Part shown: in pieces, positions 1 to 8,036 of the stretch
How the letters are laid out: the number at the start of each line of letters is the position of its first letter
Numbering within the stretch: position 1 is the first letter of the stretch
IMG/VR virus record: IMGVR_UViG_3300047288_000081
Span: 1-27,249 of that record
Strand: one strand, 5' to 3'
DNA from: a virus
Taxonomy: Duplodnaviria; Caudoviricetes
DNA length: 27,249 nucleotides
The notes under the pieces: model-generated
Seen by the model: only the letters and a program-made list of their open reading frames with translations
Told to the model about the DNA's origin: nothing
Database searches by the model: none
Translations under genes and position numbers: made by a program

Positions 1-139
1 CGTATTCCGATACCGAAATGTCAGTAAAGCTCGAAGCTATCTGAATTATCTTATCAATGTTTTCTAAACTCGAAGTTCGAATGTTTTCGTATTCAATAAA
101 CTCCTTAATAGTTAAATTGTTTACATTAGTTGGAATCAT
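1..139 (-). CDS. 5' part of a late gene running off the window edge (possible tail assembly chaperone)
   Basis: Not in the ORF track. ATG at 139-137 opens MIPTNVNNLTIKEFIEYENIRTSSLENIDKIIQIASSFTDISVSEY..., open to position 1. It directly follows a copy of the late promoter motif. The function is a guess from position. Confidence 0.7.
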   Translation of the reverse strand, partial: MIPTNVNNLTIKEFIEYENIRTSSLENIDKIIQIASSFTDISVSEY

Positions 140-171
140 ATATATATAACGTTTAAAATTTTACTTTTGTT
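140..171 (-). promoter_or_regulatory. Putative phage-sigma late promoter 1 (AACAA-N15-CGTTAT-N6-ATG)
   Basis: Minus strand reads AACAA AAGTAAAATTTTAAA CGTTAT ATATAT ATG, the same spacing as three other copies. Confidence 0.8.
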
Positions 172-293
172 TTCCAAACCATTGGTTAGGATTTAAATTA
201 ATTATTCAAATCAGTTGGTTACAAATTGTAGTTGTTTGTCATATTATATCCGTACATTTGCCTTTGTTTAGTCAAAGCATAACTTTACTCCAA

Positions 294-1463
294 CTACTCA
301 AAGTCCATCCAGTCTGATAAGCTACTTAACTTATTCATTGCCAAATATCTAATAGCATCAATAGCATGGTTATTGTCATCAACTGGATTCTGCATTTTAT
401 TACCATCCCTATCAACATCCCAACAATAGTTTCTTAACTCCTTAATTAAGTTAGTGCTATTCTCAGTTACTTTAAAGTGTATCTCTTGCAATAAAGATAT
501 TGAAGCACGTATACTATCCGGTCCTTTCTTAGCTGGACTAACCGAGAAACCTCTACGCCTTAAATCTTCTATTGACTTAGGTTCGGCACTATCAGCTATT
601 ATATCAGAATATTCCGATACTCCGAGTTTAATTAGTTTGTCAATAATATCTGAGTTAGTTAGTTTAGTTTGATATATCAATTCATCGAAGTAATATTGTT
701 GCCCTGACTTGTAACAAGCTACTAATGCAGTAGGATCATTCGAATATCCCCAATCTAAAGAATAAGCAATCAATTCAGCATCTTTAGGTATGGAAGGAGC
801 AATGGACCAATTTTCAAAGACCGTACCTTGTAACGTACCGATTTCGCCAAGACCATAAACACGATACCAATTCTCCCAATGTTTACTTGTTTTAGCTTTC
901 TCTTTAGCTTTTAATATAAAGTTCAATGCACTTTCAGGACATGCTTCGTTATCTAAATAATTGATAGTTAAAAAGTCCACATCATGATCACCCTTTAATT
1001 CTTTGTGAAACCAAAACTCGTTAACAGGATTCCAGTCTAAATAAATACCCTTCTTTGTTCGAGCTGCTAATTCAGTATAACTATGCAAGGTCATATTATT
1101 GCACTCATTCATATACAAGTAATCACGTCTTGCACCTCTTAGTTTTGAATCACTATCAGCACTAAAGAACTCAATAACCGATTGATTAGCAAACGTATAT
1201 TTAAAGTCAGTTCCATTCCACCTATCATCTTGCCAGCGTTTAGTTTCTACCATTATTTTTTTAAAGTCTTTGATTGCACCCCTCTTTAAATGTGGAATAG
1301 ATTCAGCAACAACACTTGTTTCGGTTAGTGGATATTCAGCAGCATCATCAATTAAGATAGGCAGAATCCCAAATGTTTTACCAGCACTTGTACCTCCTTG
1401 AATGCCTTTGACAAATTTAGTTAATTCAAGAATCTTATCTATAGCAGTTGTTCTTAGAAACAT
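294..1463 (-). CDS. terL: Terminase large subunit (PBSX/XtmB-like)
   Basis: Walker A-like GGTSAGKT, Walker B region LRGARRDYLYMNE, coupling motif DWNP, and RNase H-like nuclease motifs LDWGYSNDPTA, ADSAEPKSI and NHAIDAIRY. Confidence 0.95.
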   Translation of the reverse strand: MFLRTTAIDKILELTKFVKGIQGGTSAGKTFGILPILIDDAAEYPLTETSVVAESIPHLKRGAIKDFKKIMVETKRWQDDRWNGTDFKYTFANQSVIEFFSADSDSKLRGARRDYLYMNECNNMTLHSYTELAARTKKGIYLDWNPVNEFWFHKELKGDHDVDFLTINYLDNEACPESALNFILKAKEKAKTSKHWENWYRVYGLGEIGTLQGTVFENWSIAPSIPKDAELIAYSLDWGYSNDPTALVACYKSGQQYYFDELIYQTKLTNSDIIDKLIKLGVSEYSDIIADSAEPKSIEDLRRRGFSVSPAKKGPDSIRASISLLQEIHFKVTENSTNLIKELRNYCWDVDRDGNKMQNPVDDNNHAIDAIRYLAMNKLSSLSDWMDFE

Positions 1464-1475
1464 AACTATTTTTAA

Positions 1476-1937
1476 TTAGTCATTATTGTTTGTAGAAACA
1501 TCTAATTTTGGGATTCGTCTATCAGGGAATAATGGTTGTTCAGTGAATACTGTTTGAGTAATTTTTTCACTTAATCCTAATTGTTTAGCAATTAAACTTT
1601 CTTTATATATTCCAACTGCTGCTCTGCTAAAGTTATGTTTGTAAATATAGTCCTTTATGCGTGTAACGATAACGTAATAATCATCATAACTATTAGATCT
1701 ATTCTCAATATAATTAGATAATGTAACACTATCTTTGCCTTTGATTTCAAAGTAGTTAGAGCCGAAATATTTGAAGCCTTCCATTGTTGGAGGTTCTTGG
1801 GTGTGAATTATTACTGTTCCTAATTTAACGTGGGGTACTTCCATTTTTAATACTTCTAAAGAGTTTAGATATTCTTGAAACATATTCCATAACTCCTCAG
1901 GTGTTTCTATTATTTTTGTACCGAATGGTCTTGCCAT
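1476..1937 (-). CDS. terS: Terminase small subunit (P22 gp3-like DNA packaging protein)
   Basis: Immediately upstream of terL. Contains ETPEELW..F.EY, PPTMEGF and AAVGIYKESLIAKQLGL, which resemble the gp3 packaging family. Confidence 0.8.
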   Translation of the reverse strand: MARPFGTKIIETPEELWNMFQEYLNSLEVLKMEVPHVKLGTVIIHTQEPPTMEGFKYFGSNYFEIKGKDSVTLSNYIENRSNSYDDYYVIVTRIKDYIYKHNFSRAAVGIYKESLIAKQLGLSEKITQTVFTEQPLFPDRRIPKLDVSTNNND

Positions 1938-1960
1938 ATATAGTTTAGTCCGATAAGAGT

Positions 1961-2080
1961 TTATCCTTGTCCTTTATAAGTTTTAGTTTTCCTATCTCGT
2001 TTACAAATTGATTTCTTTGCCTTACCGACCTTTCGTTTACCGAATGTTTTTTTGATTGTTAGTTCTTTAGTCTTTGCCAT
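1961..2080 (-). CDS. Small, highly basic protein (39 aa)
   Basis: Hand-translated: MAKTKELTIKKTFGKRKVGKAKKSICKRDRKTKTYKGQG. It fills the gap before terS on the coding strand. Confidence 0.65.
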   Translation of the reverse strand: MAKTKELTIKKTFGKRKVGKAKKSICKRDRKTKTYKGQG

Positions 2081-2198
2081 TCCAAAAGTTTATTTGTTCG
2101 TATTCGTCTTGCATTAATTAAGTATTATATAGAATGTTCCGATAAGTGAACTTGTATAGCAGTCAAATGTTGGAACTAAAGTTGTGTAAGTAATATAA

Positions 2199-2441
2199 TT
2201 ATATCTCATTTTTTTTCTTTTTAACTTCTTCTTTTGTTAGTCCGACGGCCCAACGTAACATATCTAATAAACATTCTTTACAATTCGATAGTCCGATAGC
2301 TTGTTGTGGGAATTCTTCGTTATAAACTTCAATTACAGGTTGTAATACATCCATTGAGTTTTGAAGATGCTCGTTGTTAGCTACCCACATTCTAAATAGT
2401 TCAACGTTTTCTTTAATGTGATTTAAGTTTTCTGCTTTCAT
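2199..2441 (-). CDS. Hypothetical protein with CxxC motif
   Basis: 80-aa ORF whose start overlaps the sigma gene stop; contains CKEC. Confidence 0.75.
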   Translation of the reverse strand: MKAENLNHIKENVELFRMWVANNEHLQNSMDVLQPVIEVYNEEFPQQAIGLSNCKECLLDMLRWAVGLTKEEVKKKKNEI

Positions 2442-2962
2442 TTTAATTGGTTTTTAAGTTTAATTCTCGCATTCTCGTAAGCTTTCTTTAAGCTGCTACG
2501 ATTTATTTTAGTTCGTTGCTCCATCCTGTATAATGGTTCGATTTGAGCCATTACAAATACTTCTATATCGTGATCCTGGTTTAACAGTCCATCAAATATA
2601 CAATTTTTTATTCGTTCAATATTAATTTCATCAATAGGTAATAGTTCCATTGGTTCTTCAGCAAAGTCCCGTATTTCGTAATTAGACATTTCGTGAAGGC
2701 TTGATGTATTCCCGTCAATATGCTGGAGTGTTCGTGTGCGGTTTCTGAATAAGTCCCTTAACCGATATAGTCCGAGAATATAAAGTTTACCATCTTTATT
2801 ATATTTATCTATACATTCAGGTTTCTCAGCTAATAATTTAAAGTAAAGTTCGTGTAACATATCTTCTGCTAAGTACCTACCATTGTAATACTTTTTACAT
2901 ATTCTTTTGTAGTAAGAATAATAGTCCGCGAAGTGTTTATCGATTGTTGTTTTGATTGACAA
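2438..2962 (-). CDS. ECF-like sigma-70 family RNA polymerase sigma factor
   Basis: Region 2-like YYKRICKKYYNGRYLAEDMLHELYFKLL (compare ECF AEDLVQEVFLKL) and LYRLRDLFR. C-terminal region 4-like HTH LYRMEQRTKINRSSLKKAYENARIKLK. 174 aa is ECF size. The start codon (TTG) is uncertain. Confidence 0.75.
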   Translation of the reverse strand: MSIKTTIDKHFADYYSYYKRICKKYYNGRYLAEDMLHELYFKLLAEKPECIDKYNKDGKLYILGLYRLRDLFRNRTRTLQHIDGNTSSLHEMSNYEIRDFAEEPMELLPIDEINIERIKNCIFDGLLNQDHDIEVFVMAQIEPLYRMEQRTKINRSSLKKAYENARIKLKNQLK

Positions 2963-2990
2963 ATGTAATATAACTAATTTTATTTTGCAA
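2960..2990 (-). promoter_or_regulatory. Bacteroidota sigma-A type promoter (leftward, sigma/terminase operon)
   Basis: Minus strand TTG (2990-2988)-N20-TACATTTG (2967-2960) fits the TTG/TAnnTTTG consensus. Confidence 0.7.
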
Positions 2991-3015
2991 CTATCAATAT
3001 TATTTTGTATTTTTG
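2984..3015 (+). promoter_or_regulatory. Bacteroidota sigma-A type promoter (rightward, HTH gene)
   Basis: TTTG (2984-2987)-N20-TATTTTTG (3008-3015), with an ATG 4 nt later at 3020. Confidence 0.7.
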
Positions 3016-3019
3016 CAAT

Positions 3020-3229
3020 ATGAATAATCTTTTATCAGTTAGCGAGTTCGCAACCTTACATTCAGTAAGCCACCAAGCCATTTACTATAAAATTAAAACT
3101 AATCAAATTAAATATATAATGATTGGTAAAACAAAATTTATAGAGAAAACATCAAAATATAAACGCAGAGCTAAAAATAATTGCTTTGATAATCAAATAG
3201 TTAGAAATAAAAGTAAAAATAAACATTAA
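3020..3229 (+). CDS. Small HTH DNA-binding protein (excisionase/Cro-like)
   Basis: LLSVSEFATLHSVSHQAIYYKIKTNQIKYIMIG resembles an HTH_17-type fold. Start moved from TTG 3005 to ATG 3020 because 3005 lies inside the promoter. Confidence 0.7.
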   Translation: MNNLLSVSEFATLHSVSHQAIYYKIKTNQIKYIMIGKTKFIEKTSKYKRRAKNNCFDNQIVRNKSKNKH

Positions 3230-3234
3230 ATTAT

Positions 3235-3265
3235 TTTGCAGATATTAAAAATAAGTTTATATTTG
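3235..3265 (+). promoter_or_regulatory. Bacteroidota sigma-A type early promoter
   Basis: TTTG (3235-3238)-N19-TATATTTG (3258-3265), upstream of ATG 3299. Confidence 0.75.
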
Positions 3266-3298
3266 TATCATATTAATAATTTAAAACAAAAAGAAATC

Positions 3299-3457
3299 AT
3301 GAAAAAATTTAAAATTGACTTCCTGGATTGCGATAAATGTATTGCTTTCACAAAACTAACCAAGTGGGAAACCATTGAAGACTGCAGACTTTATGCATAC
3401 GTTGTAATGATGAACAATGTTAAAACTATTCAAACCTTTAATATATCTGCTGTATGA
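3299..3457 (+). CDS. Hypothetical early protein
   Basis: Track ORF 3236-3457 restarted at ATG 3299 (MKKFKIDFLD...), which is downstream of the promoter and preceded by the A-rich AAAAAGAAATC. Confidence 0.65.
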   Translation: MKKFKIDFLDCDKCIAFTKLTKWETIEDCRLYAYVVMMNNVKTIQTFNISAV

Positions 3458-3573
3458 ATATAGATATTAGAGCATCAAACGTTGTTTATATAACAATCGG
3501 AGAATACACCTATTATATAGATGATAGTACTGGAGAACAAATAATTGAAGTTTACCCAACTCACGACTTTTAA
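3454..3573 (+). CDS. Hypothetical small protein (39 aa)
   Basis: Hand-translated MNIDIRASNVVYITIGEYTYYIDDSTGEQIIEVYPTHDF; ATGA overlap with the upstream gene. Confidence 0.6.
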   Translation: MNIDIRASNVVYITIGEYTYYIDDSTGEQIIEVYPTHDF

Positions 3574-3592
3574 CCCCTAAAAAAAACAAATC

Positions 3593-3862
3593 ATGAAAAT
3601 CGAAATCAAATCCACCAAAGAATTTATTGAGGTTGTAGACATCCAACTTCCTAAATTTAGAAAATCTTTAGTTTTTTATTACAAAATCTTTAGCGAAGAT
3701 AAATGTATAATGTTAGAAACTGGAACAACCCCCTCAATTAGTGTATGCCCTATTTCTCGAGCTTATTATTCCGATACGATACAAGATTGCTCAGAAGCTG
3801 ATTACATGGCTGTTTATCACGATACTTTAAAAACCATTTTAGACGAGAAACATGAACTATAA
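3593..3862 (+). CDS. Hypothetical protein
   Basis: 89-aa ORF with AAATCATG start context. Confidence 0.7.
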   Translation: MKIEIKSTKEFIEVVDIQLPKFRKSLVFYYKIFSEDKCIMLETGTTPSISVCPISRAYYSDTIQDCSEADYMAVYHDTLKTILDEKHEL

Positions 3863-4028
3863 TAACGAACATTACTTATGCATCAAGCGTGCATTGTTAA
3901 AAGTTAATATCGATATTAATGATGTTCCTGAAGTTCGTGAAATTATCCTTCATGCTTTAGAACTTACTTATATGGATGGTAAAATTGAAACTTTAAGAAA
4001 CGAAATTAAACTTTTAAAACATGGATAA
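3852..4028 (+). CDS. Hypothetical protein (58 aa)
   Basis: Hand-translated MNYNNEHYLCIKRALLKVNIDINDVPEVREIILHALELTYMDGKIETLRNEIKLLKHG; tiles the gap with short overlaps. Confidence 0.6.
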   Translation: MNYNNEHYLCIKRALLKVNIDINDVPEVREIILHALELTYMDGKIETLRNEIKLLKHG

Positions 4029-4140
4029 TCAAGTATGGTGCATGGCCCGATATTGTCATGCTATTAATTGGTGGAATAATAAAGGCCACTTTAACAAAGA
4101 ACTTTATGAACGTTTCTTAGCCATCCGATATGCCGACTGA
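4021..4140 (+). CDS. Hypothetical small protein (39 aa)
   Basis: Hand-translated MDNQVWCMARYCHAINWWNNKGHFNKELYERFLAIRYAD; tiles the gap. Confidence 0.5.
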   Translation: MDNQVWCMARYCHAINWWNNKGHFNKELYERFLAIRYAD

Positions 4141-4336
4141 AATCTTTATTAGCAAATCAATGATGTATATCGAATTAGACATAGACCAACTTAACCGACT
4201 ACAAATGTTTAATAATCGCCTTAAATCACATATTGATGACCTACCAAGAAATTCTACAGGCAAACGTGCAAGGTACTTTGAACAAGTAAAAGTAATGGAA
4301 CTATTTATTCAAGAAAACTTAAAAAAATTTATATGA
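4130..4336 (+). CDS. Hypothetical protein
   Basis: Track ORF; the true start may be ATG 4160. Confidence 0.6.
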   Translation: MPTEIFISKSMMYIELDIDQLNRLQMFNNRLKSHIDDLPRNSTGKRARYFEQVKVMELFIQENLKKFI

Positions 4337-4512
4337 AAAAAGAAATAGCAGAATCCTACGAAAAAATATTTAAACTAGAAAGTTTGATATTAGAACAAGC
4401 AGCTCAAGGGCAAATAACTTGCGGACTTGAAATGCAAATGAAAATCGAAACAAGTAATTATTTACGTTTAACCCATTCAATTTTAAGATATGATGTACGA
4501 CTTAGACCCTGA
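4333..4512 (+). CDS. Hypothetical protein (59 aa)
   Basis: Hand-translated MKKEIAESYEKIFKLESLILEQAAQGQITCGLEMQMKIETSNYLRLTHSILRYDVRLRP; ATGA overlap with the upstream gene. Confidence 0.55.
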   Translation: MKKEIAESYEKIFKLESLILEQAAQGQITCGLEMQMKIETSNYLRLTHSILRYDVRLRP

Positions 4513-4723
4513 AGACTATACTAGTGGAAGCTACAATCAATGCTGGCTTACCGAACACTGGTACCCAAACGAGTTATTAGTTTTAGATATTAATTACCCG
4601 GAACATCGTTACATATTTAAAGATGAAGCAATTCGATATGTTGAGCTTATATCTAAAGAAAATGACTTTACAGATGAGGAGAAACTAAATTACTTGTTAG
4701 ACATTTTAGAACAAAAAATATAA
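4490..4723 (+). CDS. Hypothetical protein
   Basis: 77-aa ORF in the early operon. Confidence 0.65.
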   Translation: MMYDLDPEDYTSGSYNQCWLTEHWYPNELLVLDINYPEHRYIFKDEAIRYVELISKENDFTDEEKLNYLLDILEQKI

Positions 4724-4742
4724 ACCAATAAAAACAAAAAAC

Positions 4743-5015
4743 ATGTATAAAGTATTATTAGAATTCAATGAAGAGCAACAACAGTTACATTATAATTCTA
4801 TAAAGAATAATGTGCCGGAAACAAAAGAAAATGAAAATGGTTGGAAAACTTTAAATGTTTGTGAGAATATGCATTACGCTCAACTATTTGCAGATTTTTT
4901 ACACGTGCAATATCTTGAAAACCGCAAAGCATCATTTATTGAATTAAAAAAAACAGTAGATAACTTAAATAAATTTTTATCAGTAATTTATCAAATACAT
5001 AATATAAACCAATAA
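4743..5015 (+). CDS. Hypothetical protein, flanked by a 16-bp direct repeat
   Basis: 90-aa ORF; AATATAAACCAATAAA at 4717-4732 and 5001-5016. Confidence 0.7.
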   Translation: MYKVLLEFNEEQQQLHYNSIKNNVPETKENENGWKTLNVCENMHYAQLFADFLHVQYLENRKASFIELKKTVDNLNKFLSVIYQIHNINQ

Positions 5016-5028
5016 ACCCAAATAAATC

Positions 5029-5271
5029 ATGAGCAAAATTATCGCAGCATCAATCGACTTAACTAAACTAGATAAGTCAAGAATTAAACCAGGTAAGAAT
5101 GGAGCAGAATACTATGACATTAGTATTATCCTAAACGACCAACCTAACCAATATGGACAAGATGCATCCATAACTACAGGTCAAACCAAAGAAGAAAGAG
5201 CAGCCAAAGTTAAGGCAAGCTACATTGGAAACGGAAAAACCGTTTACGATTCAAACAATTCACCATTCTAA
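5029..5271 (+). CDS. Small phage protein, possible ssDNA-binding protein
   Basis: SIDLTKLDK...GKNGAEY...YGQD...YIGNGK, ending in PF like SSB tails, and adjacent to ERF. The function is inferred. Confidence 0.5.
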   Translation: MSKIIAASIDLTKLDKSRIKPGKNGAEYYDISIILNDQPNQYGQDASITTGQTKEERAAKVKASYIGNGKTVYDSNNSPF

Positions 5272-5288
5272 AACCCCAAAAAGAAATC

Positions 5289-5816
5289 ATGAAAACCCCA
5301 AATCTCAATTCAAAGTTATTACAATTTCAAAGCAAAGTAAATGCTATTAAGAAGGATGGTAAGAATCCACACTTTAAAAGCTCATATACTACTTTAAACG
5401 ACATCTTAGCAGAAGTTAAGCCATTGCTATCAGAACTTGGTTTAATCATTCTACAGCCAATTAATCATGATCTAGTTACAACTGTTATTACTTGTGCCGA
5501 AACAGGTGAGTCCGTTAGCAGTTCGATAAGTATGCCTAGCGGTTTAAATCCACAACAACTTGGTTCTGCAGTTACTTACTTTAGAAGATATAATATTAGT
5601 TCGTTACTAGCTTTAGAATCAACTGATGATGATGGGAACGATGCAAGCGTAAAACCTAAGCAAGAAAGTAAACCAATGTTAACTCCCGAAACTTTAAAGA
5701 AAATGATTACTGCCATACAGGAAGGTAAGTCCGATAAAGTAAAGGAAGCAATGGAGAACTATACAATTAGCGGTCCTCAGTCTAACGTTCTTAAACTTGC
5801 TTTAATAAATGTTTAA
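5289..5816 (+). CDS. erf: ERF-family single-strand annealing protein
   Basis: KDGKNPHFKSSY and PQQLGSAVTYFRRY...DDDGN are ERF hallmark motifs. Confidence 0.92.
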   Translation: MKTPNLNSKLLQFQSKVNAIKKDGKNPHFKSSYTTLNDILAEVKPLLSELGLIILQPINHDLVTTVITCAETGESVSSSISMPSGLNPQQLGSAVTYFRRYNISSLLALESTDDDGNDASVKPKQESKPMLTPETLKKMITAIQEGKSDKVKEAMENYTISGPQSNVLKLALINV

Positions 5817-6483
5817 CGATTTAAAATTCAGAGCATCGGCTATTGGTCAAATCATGACTAATGGCCGAGCCAAAAACGAAATGGGTGAGACCTGTAAATC
5901 GTATTTAAAGAATTTGTTTATCGAAAAAACTTATGGCATCCGAAAGGAATTTACTAATAAATATGTTGAGAAAGGATTAGAAGTTGAGGACATCGCTATT
6001 AGTACCTATTCAGTTTTTAAAGGTGGCTTTTACACAAAGAATGAGCAATGGTATACAAATGAGTTTTTAAGCGGAACTCCCGACATCGTATCCGATAACG
6101 TAATTGACATAAAGAGTAGTTGGGACATTTATACGTTTCCACATTTTGACACCGAGATCCCGACTAAAGGTTACTTTTATCAGCTCCAGGCGTACATGGA
6201 ATTAACAGGATTAGAAGATGCTTGTTTAGCTTACGTTTTAATTGACACCCCTACCCAATTAGTAGAAGATGAAAAAAGAAGGTTAAGTTGGAAGATGGGA
6301 ATGATTGATAGTGAAAATCCTGAATACTTATTAGCAGTTGAGGAAATTGAACGTAATCACAGTTACAATAATATTCCGATAGCAAAACGTATAAAGGAAT
6401 TTCACATTAAAAAAGATAACCAAGTAATCGAATCTATGTATGCGAGAATAAAAGAATGTAGAACTTATCTTAATAGTTTGTAA
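5809..6483 (+). CDS. YqaJ/lambda-exonuclease-like PD-(D/E)xK nuclease
   Basis: FRASAIG, KGLEVE, GTPD...DIKSS and YFYQLQAYMELTG; paired with ERF. Confidence 0.85.
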   Translation: MFNDLKFRASAIGQIMTNGRAKNEMGETCKSYLKNLFIEKTYGIRKEFTNKYVEKGLEVEDIAISTYSVFKGGFYTKNEQWYTNEFLSGTPDIVSDNVIDIKSSWDIYTFPHFDTEIPTKGYFYQLQAYMELTGLEDACLAYVLIDTPTQLVEDEKRRLSWKMGMIDSENPEYLLAVEEIERNHSYNNIPIAKRIKEFHIKKDNQVIESMYARIKECRTYLNSL

Positions 6484-6484
6484 T

Positions 6485-7003
6485 ATGAAAATTAAACTCA
6501 AACAGTGTAAGCAATGCGGAGAAATGTTTAAACCATTCAATACCTTGCAACCTGTTTGTTCGGCTATTTGTGCCTTAGAATTTAATTCTAAAAAGGAAGT
6601 AGATAAAAGATTTAAAGTGATGAAATCAGATAGCCGAAGTTTAATCCAGTTGCGAAATTTAGCACGTGTAAGTTTTCAGATATATATTAGACAAAGAGAC
6701 AAAGACCTACCATGTATTAGCTGTAATAAGTCCGATGCTAAGTGGGATGCTGGTCACTATTTGAAAGCTGAAATTTATACTAAACTAATATTTAACGAAG
6801 ATAACGTACATAAACAATGCAGTTATTGTAACCTACAATTGGCTGGTAATCTTATCGAATATCGCAAAGGATTAGTAAAGAAAATAGGAATAAATAAAGT
6901 ACAGGAACTTGAGGATATGGCTGATTCGTCACGATCTTATAAATTTACCAAAGATGAATTAATTACCTTAGCAAAAAATTATAAACTAAAAATAAAAAAA
7001 TAA
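6485..7003 (+). CDS. ninG: NinG/Rap-like recombination endonuclease
   Basis: CKQC...CSAIC, YIRQRD..PCISC, DAGHY and NVHKQCSYCN.L.GNLIEYRKGL. Confidence 0.9.
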   Translation: MKIKLKQCKQCGEMFKPFNTLQPVCSAICALEFNSKKEVDKRFKVMKSDSRSLIQLRNLARVSFQIYIRQRDKDLPCISCNKSDAKWDAGHYLKAEIYTKLIFNEDNVHKQCSYCNLQLAGNLIEYRKGLVKKIGINKVQELEDMADSSRSYKFTKDELITLAKNYKLKIKK

Positions 7004-7986
7004 TGAAAAATGCATTTGTAAGTAATTTAATTAAATCCTATCTGACTAAGTTCCCGAAGGTCCCATCTTTAACTTTGGCTAAAAAAATCTATGCAGAAAA
7101 CAATAAACAGTTTGCAGATATTGATGTTGTTAGAAGTTCGATAAGATATTACCGAGGTAAAAAAGGCGAAGCAGCAAAAAAAAATTTAGCAACCTTTGAG
7201 TTCTTAGATCAAAACATTGAGTTTGTAATGCCTGAATCTTATGCTGAAACTTTCGAACCATACGAAATTAGTCAGTCAAGAACCTTAATTATATCGGACT
7301 TACATATACCTTACCAGGATAACGATTCAATACAAAAAGCAATAAATTATGGTAAAGAAAAAAAAGTAAATTGTATTTTAATCAATGGTGATGTTTTAGA
7401 CTTTGCTGGTATTAGTAGACATGAGAAAGATTGGAGACAAAGACAGGTCCATCAAGAGTTTGAAGCTGCACGTATATTTTTGAGTTCGCTACGTGAACAC
7501 TTCCCAAAAGCTAAGATAGTTTTCAAGTTAGGCAATCACGATGAACGCTGGGAAAAATGGTTATTTTTAAAAGCACCCGAAATATTTGATGATCCTGAGT
7601 TTAAATTAGAAAGTAGATTAAAATTAGGTGAGTTAAAAATTGATATTGTAAAAGAAAAAAGACCTATTCGTATTGGTAAACTAACTGTATTACATGGACA
7701 TGAATTATTTGGTGGAAGTGGTGGAGTTAATCCAGCTCGAGGAACGTTTTTAAAAACTTTAGAGAATGTAGTAGTAGGTCATTATCATAAAACAAGTTCT
7801 AATACTGAAGCTTCAATGTATGGAGATGTTTTTAGTGTTCACTCCGTTGGTTGTTTGTGTGGTAAAACTCCTTACTATATGCCAATAAATAAATGGAACA
7901 CTGGCTTCGCATATTGCGAATTAGATATTAAAACAGGTAATTATACTTTTTACAATTTAAAAATTATTAACGGAAAAATATACTAA
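7003..7986 (+). CDS. Calcineurin-like metallophosphoesterase
   Basis: Metal-binding motifs SDLH, NGDVLD, GNHD, HGH and GHYH. Confidence 0.9.
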   Translation: MKNAFVSNLIKSYLTKFPKVPSLTLAKKIYAENNKQFADIDVVRSSIRYYRGKKGEAAKKNLATFEFLDQNIEFVMPESYAETFEPYEISQSRTLIISDLHIPYQDNDSIQKAINYGKEKKVNCILINGDVLDFAGISRHEKDWRQRQVHQEFEAARIFLSSLREHFPKAKIVFKLGNHDERWEKWLFLKAPEIFDDPEFKLESRLKLGELKIDIVKEKRPIRIGKLTVLHGHELFGGSGGVNPARGTFLKTLENVVVGHYHKTSSNTEASMYGDVFSVHSVGCLCGKTPYYMPINKWNTGFAYCELDIKTGNYTFYNLKIINGKIY

Positions 7987-8027
7987 AACCTAATTTTAAC
8001 ACAACTTTAAAACCTAATTTAAACACA
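7984..8027. repeat. Tandem 20-bp intergenic repeat
   Basis: TAAAACCTAATTTTAACACA (7984-8003) and TAAAACCTAATTTAAACACA (8008-8027), 19/20 identical. Confidence 0.85.
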
Positions 8028-8036
8028 TTATTAAAT

